Assembly (NCBI GenBank): GCA_036918135.1
Contig: JBALDB010000051.1
Span: forward strand, 1-64,000
Length of the DNA: 64,000 nt
Direction of reading: 5' to 3'
Source: Nostoc sp.
GTDB lineage: Bacteria > Cyanobacteriota > Cyanobacteriia > Cyanobacteriales > Nostocaceae
Shown here: positions 42,448 to 53,098 of the stretch, piece by piece
Layout: every line of letters starts with the position of its first letter
How positions within the stretch are numbered: position 1 is the first letter of the stretch
Notes under the pieces: generated by a model
The model's input: the letters and a program-made list of their open reading frames with translations, nothing else
What the model was told of the DNA's origin: nothing
Database searches by the model: none
Made by a program: the position numbers and the translations under genes

Positions 42448-42912
42448 CTATAAATTAATTGCATCCGGCAAAAACTCAGCATCAAGAACTTGGGCAATGG
42501 AATAAGGACATTCTGCTGGAAAGGTATCTACTGGTAGTTTAGTTTTATTACTAGCAGCTTTTAACCCCCGATTATAGGACTGAGCTAATACTTCTTCTAA
42601 ATAGGACTTGAGGCTGGGACTCTCTTGCAGCAAATCTGTAATTCGGTTGCGTTGCTCGTCAATCGTATTTTGCCAGGAGCCACTTTGCAAACTAGACTGA
42701 TATTGCCATTTGAGCAAATGTTGTAATAATACCTCCAAGCGGCTTTTCAACTCCCGCCGCTCTGAGTGTCCCAAGCTTTCAATCTCCTCAATCACAGCAT
42801 CCCAGTCTACTTGTTCAAATTCTCCAGCACGAATGAGTTGCACAGTCTGTTTTGTCCATGCCACAAAATCTGTTTCATACAATTGGGCTGTGGTTTTTGG
42901 AATTGGGGTCAT
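42448..42912 (-). CDS. DUF29 family protein
   Basis: LYETDFVAW, IEEIESLG, HLLKWQYQ, FPAECPY. Confidence 0.92.
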   Translation of the reverse strand: MTPIPKTTAQLYETDFVAWTKQTVQLIRAGEFEQVDWDAVIEEIESLGHSERRELKSRLEVLLQHLLKWQYQSSLQSGSWQNTIDEQRNRITDLLQESPSLKSYLEEVLAQSYNRGLKAASNKTKLPVDTFPAECPYSIAQVLDAEFLPDAINL

Positions 42913-43118
42913 GAATTTTCTGCAATCCCCAGTGAACCAGTTAAATTTGAGATATTTGACTTTATGTTAACGCTAAGCGCTTGTGATTGCTTCTCTACGA
43001 AATGCTCTTACTAGCTTGCTTCCACGTTGCGTAGCGTCCCGCAGGGAAGTGGTGCATTTCACTTCGTTACACTCGCTTCCGACATATCACAAGTAATTTC
43101 CCAGATATGATATTAAAA

Positions 43119-43328
43119 ATGCAAGCTAATGCATTAACAATGCGAGTCGATACATTAATAATGCGAGTCGATGCATTAACAATGCAAGTCGATGCATTAA
43201 TAATGCAAGTCGATGCATTAATAATGCGAGCCGATGCATTAATAATGCGAGCCAATGCATTAACAATGCGAGCCGATGCATTAACAATGCAAGCCAATGC
43301 ATTAACAATGCAGGTTGATGTATTAAAA
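43119..43328. repeat. Tandem array of ten 21-bp units
   Basis: Consensus ATGCRAGYCRATGCATTAAYA; open frames on both strands. Confidence 0.95.
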
Positions 43329-43399
43329 TTGCACGTTAATACGAAATCTTAAAACCAGTTGTCACAATATTTAAATAAGCTTATATTTTAGTTTTACAA

Positions 43400-43846
43400 A
43401 TGTTTCCTAAACAGACAAATCATCGAAGTCCTGTCACATCTAGTGACTGGCCAATTGAGCAATTACCTGGACTCAGCCAAGACGAACAATCTCGACTGCA
43501 AAATTGTGGGATTTCCACTACAGTAGCGCTACTTAAACAAGGAAAAACTCCGCAGGCAAGACTGGCGTTAGCAAATAAACTCCAGATTCATCTTCAGTAT
43601 GTAAATAAATGGATGGCTTTAGCTGACTTGGCGCGTATTCCCAGCGTCGGAACGCAATATTGCGGTTTATTGCTTCATGCGGGTATTGGTTCTGTGGCAC
43701 AGTTAGCTCAGACTCCAGCTCACAGATTGCACAGACAGATTTTGCGCTTGCAGGTAGCAACAATCCAGCGGCGAGATTTATGTCCAGCAATTGAGTTAGT
43801 ACAGCAGTGGAGTCAAGAAGCGAAAATGGTGGGGAGTGGTGAGTGA
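43400..43846 (+). CDS. DUF4332 (HhH-like) protein
   Basis: IEQLPGL...GI.T...W..LADLARIPSVG..Y..LL.HAG. Confidence 0.85.
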   Translation: MFPKQTNHRSPVTSSDWPIEQLPGLSQDEQSRLQNCGISTTVALLKQGKTPQARLALANKLQIHLQYVNKWMALADLARIPSVGTQYCGLLLHAGIGSVAQLAQTPAHRLHRQILRLQVATIQRRDLCPAIELVQQWSQEAKMVGSGE

Positions 43847-44018
43847 TGACTGGCGACTAGTCACTAGTGGGACTTTGTAAAAAACAAATAGGCACAGAGT
43901 TACTCGCAATGCAACTGGGTTGAAGCTTTTTAATCTCCTAATACATGTTGATTTAGTGTTTTAGTTCACTCCAGGTCGCTTGTTACTAACTGTGTATACC
44001 TATTTTCGGAATTGACGA

Positions 44019-44657
44019 TTATGTTCCGGGACGAGAGCGAATATGATCGGGTATATGATGGCGATCGCCTAATATTTCTAACAAAGGACCATTAACGTCA
44101 AATTTAATCATACTTACCGACGCGACCAATATATTCACCCGATAGCGATAGCGTCCCAGATCGATTCCCAGTAAATTGCAAATCATAATCCGAATCGTGG
44201 CTTTATGGGAAACTACTAAAACATTACCTTGGAGATGTTTTTCTTGAATTTCAGCAATTACAGGTATGGAACGGTTAGCAATATCTACCGCAGTTTCTCC
44301 ATTTAGTGGTGCATTCCAAGCGGGTTCTGTCAACCATTTAACATAGTTTTCTGCATAATTCTCTTGGACAAACGATTTACTCTTAGTTTCCCATTCACCG
44401 TAACTACCTTCTTTAAGTCCGTCACGCAACTGCATATCTATACTGATAGCATCACAAAATGGCTTGGCAGTTGCAATTGTGCGCTTCATCGGGCTAACAT
44501 AAACAGCCTCCCACTTCAATTTTTGATAAACATCAGCAAAACTCTCTGCCATCTGCGTCCCTTCAGAAGTCAACTCTGCATCAGTTTCACCGCAGAAATT
44601 ACCACTTTGACTAAAAGTAGTTTCTCCATGTCGCAGTAAATATAAATTGAGTGTCAT
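44019..44657 (-). CDS. Histidine phosphatase family protein
   Basis: LLRHGET, SPMKR, YGEWE, VVSH; start taken at MTLNL. Confidence 0.9.
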   Translation of the reverse strand: MTLNLYLLRHGETTFSQSGNFCGETDAELTSEGTQMAESFADVYQKLKWEAVYVSPMKRTIATAKPFCDAISIDMQLRDGLKEGSYGEWETKSKSFVQENYAENYVKWLTEPAWNAPLNGETAVDIANRSIPVIAEIQEKHLQGNVLVVSHKATIRIMICNLLGIDLGRYRYRVNILVASVSMIKFDVNGPLLEILGDRHHIPDHIRSRPGT

Positions 44658-45015
44658 AGCTTGTATCGCGATTGGGATAAAGGAGTTTGTGCAAAAATAA
44701 AATACCATCAATCTCACAATCGAGTCTGTGACACGAGGACAAAGTAATCAACCAAAAAAGTCAATAGACCTCTTGCATGAGGTGTACTGATAATTAATGA
44801 CTAAGGCAGGAGGCAGGAGGCAGAAGGGAAGAGAATTTGACTTGTTTCTTCCATCCATACGGAAGTGAGCGTGTCCGTAAACAGCTTCTTTAAAGAAGAG
44901 GTCACTACACCCTACACCCTATTCATTGATGACTGTTTACTGAGAAGTTATTATTCACCCCTCTGCTCCTCTGCTGTTTCATCTCCTCATCTTTGTATTC
45001 CCCAATCAACCATCC

Positions 45016-45630
45016 CTAATCTTTCATCAACACTCCATTGAGAAAGATATCAGCTAGTCCTTCGGCCATTTGTTGCATTTCTTGGGGAGAGGCGTTTGGT
45101 TCCATCAAGGTGTTGTTGGAAAAACCTGCGATCGCGAACATTCCTAAAAAAACTTTGGCGACTAGATTGGCATCCATTTGGCGATAAATGCCTTTATCCA
45201 TCGCTGTCTGAAAGAACACTTCCGCAACATCGGTCATTTTGGTAATCACTTCTAATTGAATGCGATCGCGCAAATCAGGATGAAATTGCACTTCCATAAA
45301 ACAAACGCGCATCAAATCAGCATTTTTTTGGAAATTCCACATCCGACGGCGCATCACTTGAGCTACAGCTTTATAGCTGCCCATTTCACTTAATTCTGTG
45401 AGTAAATCCGTTAAAATTTCTACCCATCCACTAGTAGCTACTTCTATCAAAATTGCCTTTTTATTCGGAAAATGGCGAAATAGAGTGCCTTCAGCAACAC
45501 CTGCTGCCTGTGCTAAATCACGGGTGGTAGTGCCATCAAATCCCTGAGAGGCAAACAAGCGTTGTGCTGCCTGTAAAATCCGGGTGCGTGTCTGAGCCTC
45601 TGAAGGTGGGGAAGAATTAAAAACTCGCAT
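45016..45630 (-). CDS. TetR/AcrR-family regulator
   Basis: GFDGTTTRDLAQAAGVAEGTLFRHFPNK. Confidence 0.93.
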   Translation of the reverse strand: MRVFNSSPPSEAQTRTRILQAAQRLFASQGFDGTTTRDLAQAAGVAEGTLFRHFPNKKAILIEVATSGWVEILTDLLTELSEMGSYKAVAQVMRRRMWNFQKNADLMRVCFMEVQFHPDLRDRIQLEVITKMTDVAEVFFQTAMDKGIYRQMDANLVAKVFLGMFAIAGFSNNTLMEPNASPQEMQQMAEGLADIFLNGVLMKD

Positions 45631-45782
45631 AACTGTTATGGTGAGATATCCGGAACAGGACTTGTAGCATTAATTGTCTAACGTCAAGTACAAAAAGCCG
45701 AAAAAGCTTAATACAACATTAATGCTCTGTTTGCTAATTAGCCTATTTCTTCGGTAGTGTAACTTTATCTTAACTTTGGCTT

Positions 45783-47444
45783 ATGAACAAACTCACTCGG
45801 TCAATTTTAGATTTGAGGTGGCAGCAAAGATGCGCTCACAGGATAACTTGGATTTTGCAGTTCGTAAAAAAACTATCTGTGACATTCCATTGCCTGTTTA
45901 TTAGCTTGTTGGCTTTGCTCGTCTTTGGGTGGGGATTGCAGCCAGAAATTGCTCTGGCTCAAACTCAAACAATATCTCCTCCAGCCAAAACTCAAATGCC
46001 AGCTGCAAGTTCGATTCAACCATATCTAGATCGAGTCATCGATCAGTTAACTGAGTTTCGCCTAGAGAATAATTTAAAATTTATTGTTTTAGAACGACAT
46101 CAAGCACCTGTAGTTTCTTTTCTTACTTATGCTGATGTCGGTGGTGTGGATGAGCCTGATGGCAAAACTGGTGTAGCTCACTTTCTGGAACATTTGGCAT
46201 TTAAAGGGACGACGCGCATCGGTACAGAAGATTACAAAGCAGAAAAACCCCTACTCGAACGCTTGGAACAGTTGGATGCCCAAATTAGAGCAGCAAAAGC
46301 TGATGGTAAAAAAGATGAAGTAGTGCGGTTAGAAGCTGAGTTTAAACAAGTAGAATCCCAAGCAGGTAAGTTAGTCAAGCAAAATGAACTAGGGCGAATT
46401 GTCGAACAAGCCGGAGGTGTGGGTTTAAATGCTACTACTTCAACTGAAGCTACCCGTTACTTTTACAGCTTTCCTGCTAATAAGTTGGAACTTTGGATGT
46501 CGCTGGAGTCGGAGCGATTTCTCGACCCTGTAATTCGTCGTGAGTTTTATAAAGAAAAAGATGTGATTTTAGAGGAGCGACGGATGCGGGTGGATAATTC
46601 ACCCATTGGCTTGATGTTGGAAAAATTTACTGACGCGGCTTACAAAGTTCATCCTTACAGGCGTCCGGTAATTGGTTATGACAAAGATATCCGTAACTTA
46701 ACCCCAGAAGACGTACAAAAGTTTTTCGATGCTTATTATGTACCAAGTAATTTAGCGATCGCCATTGTCGGAGATGTCAATCCCGCCCAGGTGAAACAAC
46801 TGGCACAAATTTATTTTGGACGCTATCGAGCCAAAGCTAAAGCTACCGAACAAATCCCCGTGGAACCGCGACAACAACAAACACGGGAAGTTTCTTTAGA
46901 ATTACCTGCTCAACCTTTATATTTAGAAGGCTATCACCGTCCCTCAGTTACTCATCCAGATAATGTAGTCTATGAAATCATTGGCAGTTTATTAAGCGAT
47001 GGGCGCACGTCGCGGCTGTATAAGTCTTTGGTAGAAAAGCAGCGTTTGGCGCTCAATGCTCAAGGTTTCAGTGGTTTTCCTGGAGATAAATATTCAAACC
47101 TAATGTTGTTTTATGCTTTGACTGCTCCCGGCCACACGCTTGATGAGTTGGCGGTGGCTTTGCGTCAGGAAATTGACAAATTAAAAACTCAGCCTGTAGC
47201 GGCGGCTGAATTGGAACGGGTGAAAACCCAAGCACGGGCGGATTTATTACGCACCCTGACTTCTAATAGTGGAATGGCTCAACAATTGTTGGAATTTGAA
47301 GTCAAAACTGGCTCTTGGCGAAATTTGTTTAAGCAGTTGGATGAAATTGCGGCGGTAACTCCTAATGATATTCAGCGAGTAGCAAAGGCGACGTTTACGC
47401 CAGAAAATCGCACAATTGGTAAGCTGTTGTCAAAACAAGGATAA
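45783..47444 (+). CDS. M16 peptidase, active subunit
   Basis: HFLEH motif; start uncertain. Confidence 0.9.
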   Translation: MNKLTRSILDLRWQQRCAHRITWILQFVKKLSVTFHCLFISLLALLVFGWGLQPEIALAQTQTISPPAKTQMPAASSIQPYLDRVIDQLTEFRLENNLKFIVLERHQAPVVSFLTYADVGGVDEPDGKTGVAHFLEHLAFKGTTRIGTEDYKAEKPLLERLEQLDAQIRAAKADGKKDEVVRLEAEFKQVESQAGKLVKQNELGRIVEQAGGVGLNATTSTEATRYFYSFPANKLELWMSLESERFLDPVIRREFYKEKDVILEERRMRVDNSPIGLMLEKFTDAAYKVHPYRRPVIGYDKDIRNLTPEDVQKFFDAYYVPSNLAIAIVGDVNPAQVKQLAQIYFGRYRAKAKATEQIPVEPRQQQTREVSLELPAQPLYLEGYHRPSVTHPDNVVYEIIGSLLSDGRTSRLYKSLVEKQRLALNAQGFSGFPGDKYSNLMLFYALTAPGHTLDELAVALRQEIDKLKTQPVAAAELERVKTQARADLLRTLTSNSGMAQQLLEFEVKTGSWRNLFKQLDEIAAVTPNDIQRVAKATFTPENRTIGKLLSKQG

Positions 47445-47450
47445 GGCAAT

Positions 47451-49001
47451 ATGGTAAGAAAGTCTTTTGCTGGCATAAATCCCAAATTTCGCTTCAGAAC
47501 AATTCAAAATCTCAAATCACAAATCCCAAATGGCAAGAGGCTTATTTATGCGTTGGTTGGGGCTTTTGCTTTTTTACTTTTAACTTTTAACTTTTCTGTA
47601 GCGGCGACAGTAGAGGCGAAGCATTATACACAGTTACAGCTACCACCGCTACCTGAGATTAAGATACCCAAGTATGAGCGGTTTGTGCTGCAAAACGGCA
47701 TGGTTGTCTATTTGATGGAAGATCGCGAGTTACCCTTGGTGAAGGGTACGGCGTTGGTAAGGACTGGGAATCGTTTGGAACCCTTAGAAAAAGTCGGTTT
47801 GGCTGGTTTTACAGGCGCGGTGATGCGGACTGGGGGAACTACAAAGCATTCGCCCGATGAACTCAATGAGATATTAGAACAACGGGCGGCGTCGGTGGAA
47901 ACTGGTATTAGTGAAACTGCTGGTAGTGCTAGTTTTGATGCGCTCAGTGAAGATTTAGAAACGGTGTTTGGGCTATTTGCTGAGGTATTGCGATCGCCTG
48001 TATTTGCTCAAGAAAAGCTAGATTTGGCGAAAACCCAAGCTAAGGGTAGTATTGCGCGACGCAATGACGACCCAGGTGGAATTGCTAGTCGAGAATTTCG
48101 CAAGTTGCTGTATGGCAAAGATAGCCCTTATGGTCGCACCACAGAATATGCAACGGTAGATCGAGTTGAGCGTGAGGATTTGCTCAAGTTTTATCAGCAG
48201 TATTTTTCCCCGAATAATATGATTTTGGGGATTGTGGGAGATTTCGACGCCAAGAAAATGCGATCGCTCGTTCAAGCTAAATTTGGCGACTGGAAGCCAA
48301 ACCCCAAAATTGCCAAACCCCAATTACCAGAGGTTTCGCCAGCTAATAGTGGCGGAGTGTTTTTTGTCAATCAGCCGCAACTAACGCAAAGTAGTGTGTT
48401 AATCGGACATTTAGGCGGACAGCTCGACAGTCCAGATTATCCAGCACTGAGTGTATTGAACGATGTGTTGAATGGGTTTGGCGGACGCTTATTTAATGAA
48501 GTGCGATCGCGCCAAGGTATAGCTTATTCTGTATACGGCGTTTGGAGTCCCCGTTACGATTATCCGGGAATGTTCATTGCTGGCGGACAAACGCGATCGG
48601 ATGCTACTGTGCAGTTTGTCCTCGCTTTACAAGCGGAAATTAAGCGCATCCAAGCTCAAACAGTCACACCAAAAGAACTAGCTTTTGCTAAAGAATCTAC
48701 CCTCAACTCCTTTGTATTCAACTTCCAAGACCCCGGTCAAACCTTATCACGATTGATGCAATACGAATATTACGGCTATCCCGCTGATTTCCTGTTTCGC
48801 TATCAAAAAGCTGTTGCTGCTACTACAGCCGCCGATGTGCAACGAGTAGCACGAAAATACCTCAAGCCAGAAAATATCGTGACTTTAGTGGTAGGAAATC
48901 AAACCGCCATTCAACCGCCTTTGACACAGCTAGCTGCACAGGTGACACCAATAGATGTGACGATTCCCAACTCACCACCACAAGCAAAAAAATCTCTCTA
49001 A
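47451..49001 (+). CDS. M16 peptidase, inactive partner subunit
   Basis: M16 fold without HxxEH; RLFNEVRSRQGIAYSV. Confidence 0.88.
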   Translation: MVRKSFAGINPKFRFRTIQNLKSQIPNGKRLIYALVGAFAFLLLTFNFSVAATVEAKHYTQLQLPPLPEIKIPKYERFVLQNGMVVYLMEDRELPLVKGTALVRTGNRLEPLEKVGLAGFTGAVMRTGGTTKHSPDELNEILEQRAASVETGISETAGSASFDALSEDLETVFGLFAEVLRSPVFAQEKLDLAKTQAKGSIARRNDDPGGIASREFRKLLYGKDSPYGRTTEYATVDRVEREDLLKFYQQYFSPNNMILGIVGDFDAKKMRSLVQAKFGDWKPNPKIAKPQLPEVSPANSGGVFFVNQPQLTQSSVLIGHLGGQLDSPDYPALSVLNDVLNGFGGRLFNEVRSRQGIAYSVYGVWSPRYDYPGMFIAGGQTRSDATVQFVLALQAEIKRIQAQTVTPKELAFAKESTLNSFVFNFQDPGQTLSRLMQYEYYGYPADFLFRYQKAVAATTAADVQRVARKYLKPENIVTLVVGNQTAIQPPLTQLAAQVTPIDVTIPNSPPQAKKSL

Positions 49002-49328
49002 ATCTTTCTCCTGCGAGGAGAGAGACTTTGAATTTCTAGGAAAGGAAGTGAGATTGTCCGTGGACTTTTCCACATAAGGTGAAAAGTCAGATGGCGTATT
49101 ACCCTTGAAAAAATATTACTATTTATAATAGAAAAATAAAAATTAATATTTTTTTGTAATATATCATCTCTTTCACCATTCCAATAATCGATGAGTTATG
49201 GTGTAACTCCCGTAATGTAGGAAAACCAGTACATTAGAGGCGTTAGACTCCAAATAAAATAATTTTCTTTCATATCAGGAAATGACCGAAGACAAATTGT
49301 AGTAAAAGTAGAAACTAAATCAGGAACC

Positions 49329-49360
49329 AAAACCTCTGGAGATTCCAGGGGTTTTTTTTT
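49329..49360 (+). terminator. Intrinsic terminator
   Basis: AAAACCTCTGGA-gat-TCCAGGGG followed by a T9 run. Confidence 0.7.
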
Positions 49361-49547
49361 AGATTGCGCTTTTTTATCTGGGAGCGAGCCGAGCAAGACA
49401 CTTCCAGGAAAATTTTAAGTAGGCGATCGCCAACGACAAGCTCCTGCCTCTGTTGAGCATTCGACAATTTTAGCAATCAAGCAGCAAAAATTGTCACAGC
49501 TCCTTAGTCAACTGGAGTAAGCTAAATTTAAGTTTGAGCGACTAGGA

Positions 49548-50201
49548 GTGGAGATGATGTTGTTGGAACTAAAGCGCATCCATGTTCCACCGGGACAAAG
49601 AGTGCTATTGCAAGATGTAACCTGGCAAGAATTAGAAACAATTCTAGAGGAATTAGGGGAACACCGTGCAGCACGAATTGCTTATGACAGGGGAACATTA
49701 GAGATTATGGCACCACTGCCAGAACATGAATATGACAAAGAAATTATCAGCGATTTAGTCAAAGCGCTTCTCGAAGAGTTAAATACTGAGTTCATCAGCC
49801 TTGGTTCTACAACTTTCAAAAACGAAGCAATGGCTCAAGGTATAGAACCCGACCAGTGTTTTTATGTAAAAAATGAATCAAAGGTTCGTGGAAAGAAGCG
49901 GCTGGATTTAACAGTAGACCCTCCTCCAGATTTAGCTCTAGAAATTGATATTACTTCTCGCACTCATCCTAATATTTATCAAGCACTAAAAGTACCTGAA
50001 CTTTGGCGTTTTGAACGAGGAAAGCTCCAAATTAATATTTTGCAAAATGGGCGTTATATAGAGTCTGAGCTAAGTTTAAACTTTCCTTTATTTCCCCTAA
50101 TTGAAGCAATTCCTGAATATCTGAACCAAAGTATAACAGTAGGCAGAAATGCAACACTTAAAGCTTTTCGTGCTTGGGTACAAAAGCAGATACAGCAGTA
50201 A
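49548..50201 (+). CDS. Uma2-family endonuclease
   Basis: LEIMAPLPEHE, EPDQCFY, PDLALEIDITS. Confidence 0.9.
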   Translation: MEMMLLELKRIHVPPGQRVLLQDVTWQELETILEELGEHRAARIAYDRGTLEIMAPLPEHEYDKEIISDLVKALLEELNTEFISLGSTTFKNEAMAQGIEPDQCFYVKNESKVRGKKRLDLTVDPPPDLALEIDITSRTHPNIYQALKVPELWRFERGKLQINILQNGRYIESELSLNFPLFPLIEAIPEYLNQSITVGRNATLKAFRAWVQKQIQQ

Positions 50202-50423
50202 TGACCTATACTACCATTATTAAATAGGTCAACATTGAAAAACCTAATCTAGAATCTTTCTAATTAGTTTGCTTGACTCCATTTTGCTCGTAATCATATT
50301 TCATGTTTAATTAGGTTGAGCTACTTATTCAAAATATAAAAAGTAGGGTAGTACAGTTGTGCTACCCCACAAATTACCTGTATTTTATCCTACGAGAGTT
50401 TCAGGTTTATAAATCCAGATTAA

Positions 50424-50660
50424 TTAGTAATGATTCAAATTAATACCAGCTTCTTTTGCCATTGCTTCTAACCCTTTGATTTCTAGGGATTTGATTGCTT
50501 TAGTAGACAGCTTTAATTTCACCCAGCGATTTCCGCTCTCCCACCAAACACGCTTTACTTGTAGATTAGCGTGCTGAAGGCGTTTATTACGGCGGTGGGA
50601 GTGGGAAACGGAATAAGCGTTATTTGCTTTCTTACCAGTTAGTTCACAGCGACGAGACAT
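50424..50660 (-). CDS. rpmB: 50S ribosomal protein L28
   Basis: [10 protein letters not shown]...VSHSHRR.KRLQ.ANLQ. Confidence 0.96.
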   Translation of the reverse strand: MSRRCELTGKKANNAYSVSHSHRRNKRLQHANLQVKRVWWESGNRWVKLKLSTKAIKSLEIKGLEAMAKEAGINLNHY

Positions 50661-50723
50661 AGCAACTATCTCCAGATTGTTATTTTAATACAGCCTTTCC
50701 ATTTTAGGACTTAGGCAACAGAA

Positions 50724-50872
50724 GTGGAGAGGGGAGTGGGGAGATGGGGAGATGGGGGAGTGTGGGAAGTGTGGGGAGAGAGGGGGGATGGGGGAGTGTG
50801 GGGAGAGAGGGGGGCAAGATTTCTTCTCCATCCTCCCACACCTCCCACACCTCCAAAACCTCCCACACTCTC
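50724..50872. repeat. Purine/pyrimidine-skewed short tandem repeat element
   Basis: GGGGAGAT/GGGAGTGT units, then CCTCCCACA units; inverted copy at 59647-59750. Confidence 0.85.
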
Positions 50873-50890
50873 TGTTTGCCCGATTCACCA

Positions 50891-52879
50891 CTATTTACTA
50901 GCTTGTTCCGTCAGTTTGGTAAGTACTTCATTGGATCGCTCAACAAAAGATTTCATTCCATCAGCGTCAAAGCCTTTTTGAGACATTAAGGCTAAATCGT
51001 AGACGTGCTGGCAAATCAATTTTACCAATTGATCTGTAGGCGATTGACCATCTCCTTGAATAATACTACCTTGGCTAAGATGTGCCAGATTTTGAATCAG
51101 TGGGTGAGCTGTATTCACTAGCAAAATGTGGTCTTCAGGAAATTCTGCTGTCTGCTGCTGCATCATAGCGTTCATTTCTCGCAAGCGGCGGAGAATCTCT
51201 GGTAATAGCACCATCGCCGGCGGTGTTCCTTGGGGATCGTCTGATTTCAAGGCTTCAGTGCGGATGTTGAGTTTGGGTTTATTGAGGGATTTCTCAAATA
51301 ATTCTTTGACGGTCTCACTGCGAGTTTTGTTAGTTTTGGGATCGACAATTTCCGTAGCTTTGTCTTGTTCTAAGAGAGTATTATCTAAGTCGGAGTCTAC
51401 GCGCGTAAACTTGACATCATTATATTCTCGCTCTAGGAAGTTGATGAAATGGGTGTCAATGAAGGAGTCCATAAACAGGACTTCCAAGCCTTGATTTTTG
51501 TGTAGTTCTATGTATGTAGATTGGGTTGCTTCATCAGTGCTATAGAAAACCCGGTTTTCGTGGCGTTCTTTGTTGCGTTCTAAGTATTCTTTGAGCGTGG
51601 TGTAAGGACTAGTGGGTGCTGAGTTTTCACTATTAGCTGTTGGAGTAACATCTTGCCAAGCATCTCCTTCAGCAGATTGTACTTCAACTGCTGGAGTTTG
51701 GGCAGGGGGTTTTTCTGTCAGCTTGGCAGTGGTGCGAAAGATGATGATGTCTTCGATTTGTTTTTTGAATTTATCGTCGTTGAGAACGCCAAACTTGACG
51801 AAAGTACCGAGGTCTTTCCAAACACTAGTATATTGTTCGCGGTTGTCGCGGAAAAGCTCTTTGAGGCGATCGCCGACTTTTTTGGCAATGTAATCACCTA
51901 TTCGCTTCACAGTGCGATCGCCTTGCAATGCACTCCGAGAGACGTTCAAGGGAATATCAGTGCTATCAATCACACCCCGCATCGGCATCAAAAATTGCGG
52001 AATAATTTCTTCGCAGTTGTCGCTAACAAAAACTTGGTTGCTAAATAGCTTAATCTGCCCTTTAGTAACATCTACATCCGGCCTCATTTTGGGAAAATAC
52101 AAAATCCCGTTGATGATAAACGGATAGTCAGTATTCAGATGTACCCACAACAGCGGTTCTTCTTGAAAAGGATACAGATAGCGGTAAAACTCTAAATAAT
52201 CTTCTTGAGTTAGGTTATTCGGAGATTCTCGCCACGGTGCTTTTTGCTTATTTAATACTTCCCCATCCAGCATAATTGGTACTGGCATGAAGTCGCAGTA
52301 GGTCTTGACAAGATTTTTAATTCTTGCTGATTCGAGAAATTCTTCCTCTTCTCCTTGCAAGGTGAGAGTAATAGTGGTGCCGCGAGTTGTTCGGGATGAC
52401 TCTTCTAAAGTGAATGCAGGAGAACCATCGCAAGTCCAGTGAACCGCCTGCGCTCCTTCCTGGTATGAAAGAGTATCAATTTCTACCTTTTGCGCCACCA
52501 TGAAGGAGGAGTAGAAGCCGAGACCGAAGTGACCGATAATCGGTTGATCTGATTTGCCTTGATACTTATGAATAAATTCTTCAGCACTAGAAAAGGCAAC
52601 TTGATTAATATATTTCTTGACTTCTTCGGAGGTCATTCCGATACCGTTATCGGAGATAGAGAGTGTCTTGTTATCTTTGTCAATCGCAATTACGATTTCT
52701 GGTTCGCCTAAGTCTCCAGTGTAATCTCCAGCGCGGGATACCATTTTCAGCTTTTGAATGGCGTCTACAGCGTTGGATACCAGTTCCCGCAAGAAGATTT
52801 GGTGATCTGAGTAGAGCGACTTCTTAATGATCGGGAAAATATTCTCAGTATGAATACTGATAGTGCCTTGTTCTAACAT
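50891..52879 (-). CDS. htpG: Molecular chaperone HtpG (Hsp90)
   Basis: FLRELVSNAVDA, DNGIGMT, IGHFGLGFYS, IPLNVSRS. Confidence 0.96.
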   Translation of the reverse strand: MLEQGTISIHTENIFPIIKKSLYSDHQIFLRELVSNAVDAIQKLKMVSRAGDYTGDLGEPEIVIAIDKDNKTLSISDNGIGMTSEEVKKYINQVAFSSAEEFIHKYQGKSDQPIIGHFGLGFYSSFMVAQKVEIDTLSYQEGAQAVHWTCDGSPAFTLEESSRTTRGTTITLTLQGEEEEFLESARIKNLVKTYCDFMPVPIMLDGEVLNKQKAPWRESPNNLTQEDYLEFYRYLYPFQEEPLLWVHLNTDYPFIINGILYFPKMRPDVDVTKGQIKLFSNQVFVSDNCEEIIPQFLMPMRGVIDSTDIPLNVSRSALQGDRTVKRIGDYIAKKVGDRLKELFRDNREQYTSVWKDLGTFVKFGVLNDDKFKKQIEDIIIFRTTAKLTEKPPAQTPAVEVQSAEGDAWQDVTPTANSENSAPTSPYTTLKEYLERNKERHENRVFYSTDEATQSTYIELHKNQGLEVLFMDSFIDTHFINFLEREYNDVKFTRVDSDLDNTLLEQDKATEIVDPKTNKTRSETVKELFEKSLNKPKLNIRTEALKSDDPQGTPPAMVLLPEILRRLREMNAMMQQQTAEFPEDHILLVNTAHPLIQNLAHLSQGSIIQGDGQSPTDQLVKLICQHVYDLALMSQKGFDADGMKSFVERSNEVLTKLTEQASK

Positions 52880-53098
52880 AATTAGTAATCTTTGATGTTA
52901 GTATCTGAAATGATGATATTGCCCTCTGCTTCCAAGGATAAACCCGGAGAACACATGAGAGCATGATACCAATTAGGATTTTAAAAGCATAACTTAAGCG
53001 ATCGCTGCTTTTTTGAGCATTGTTTGCCCCCATTTTCTGATTCGGATTTCCCTACTTCCCACTCTCAATACATTTATTACCTTAGTTAGGACTGCTAT

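Noticed and set aside
43119..43328. CRISPR array
   Set aside because: Units are contiguous 21-mers with no unique spacers, and there are no cas genes in the window
50350..50363. Second LexA box (AGTACAGTTGTGCT)
   Set aside because: One mismatch to the consensus, embedded in a REP-like palindrome between convergent genes
50685..50989. ORFs of 68-85 aa (also 59651-59878)
   Set aside because: Translations of G/C-rich tandem repeats
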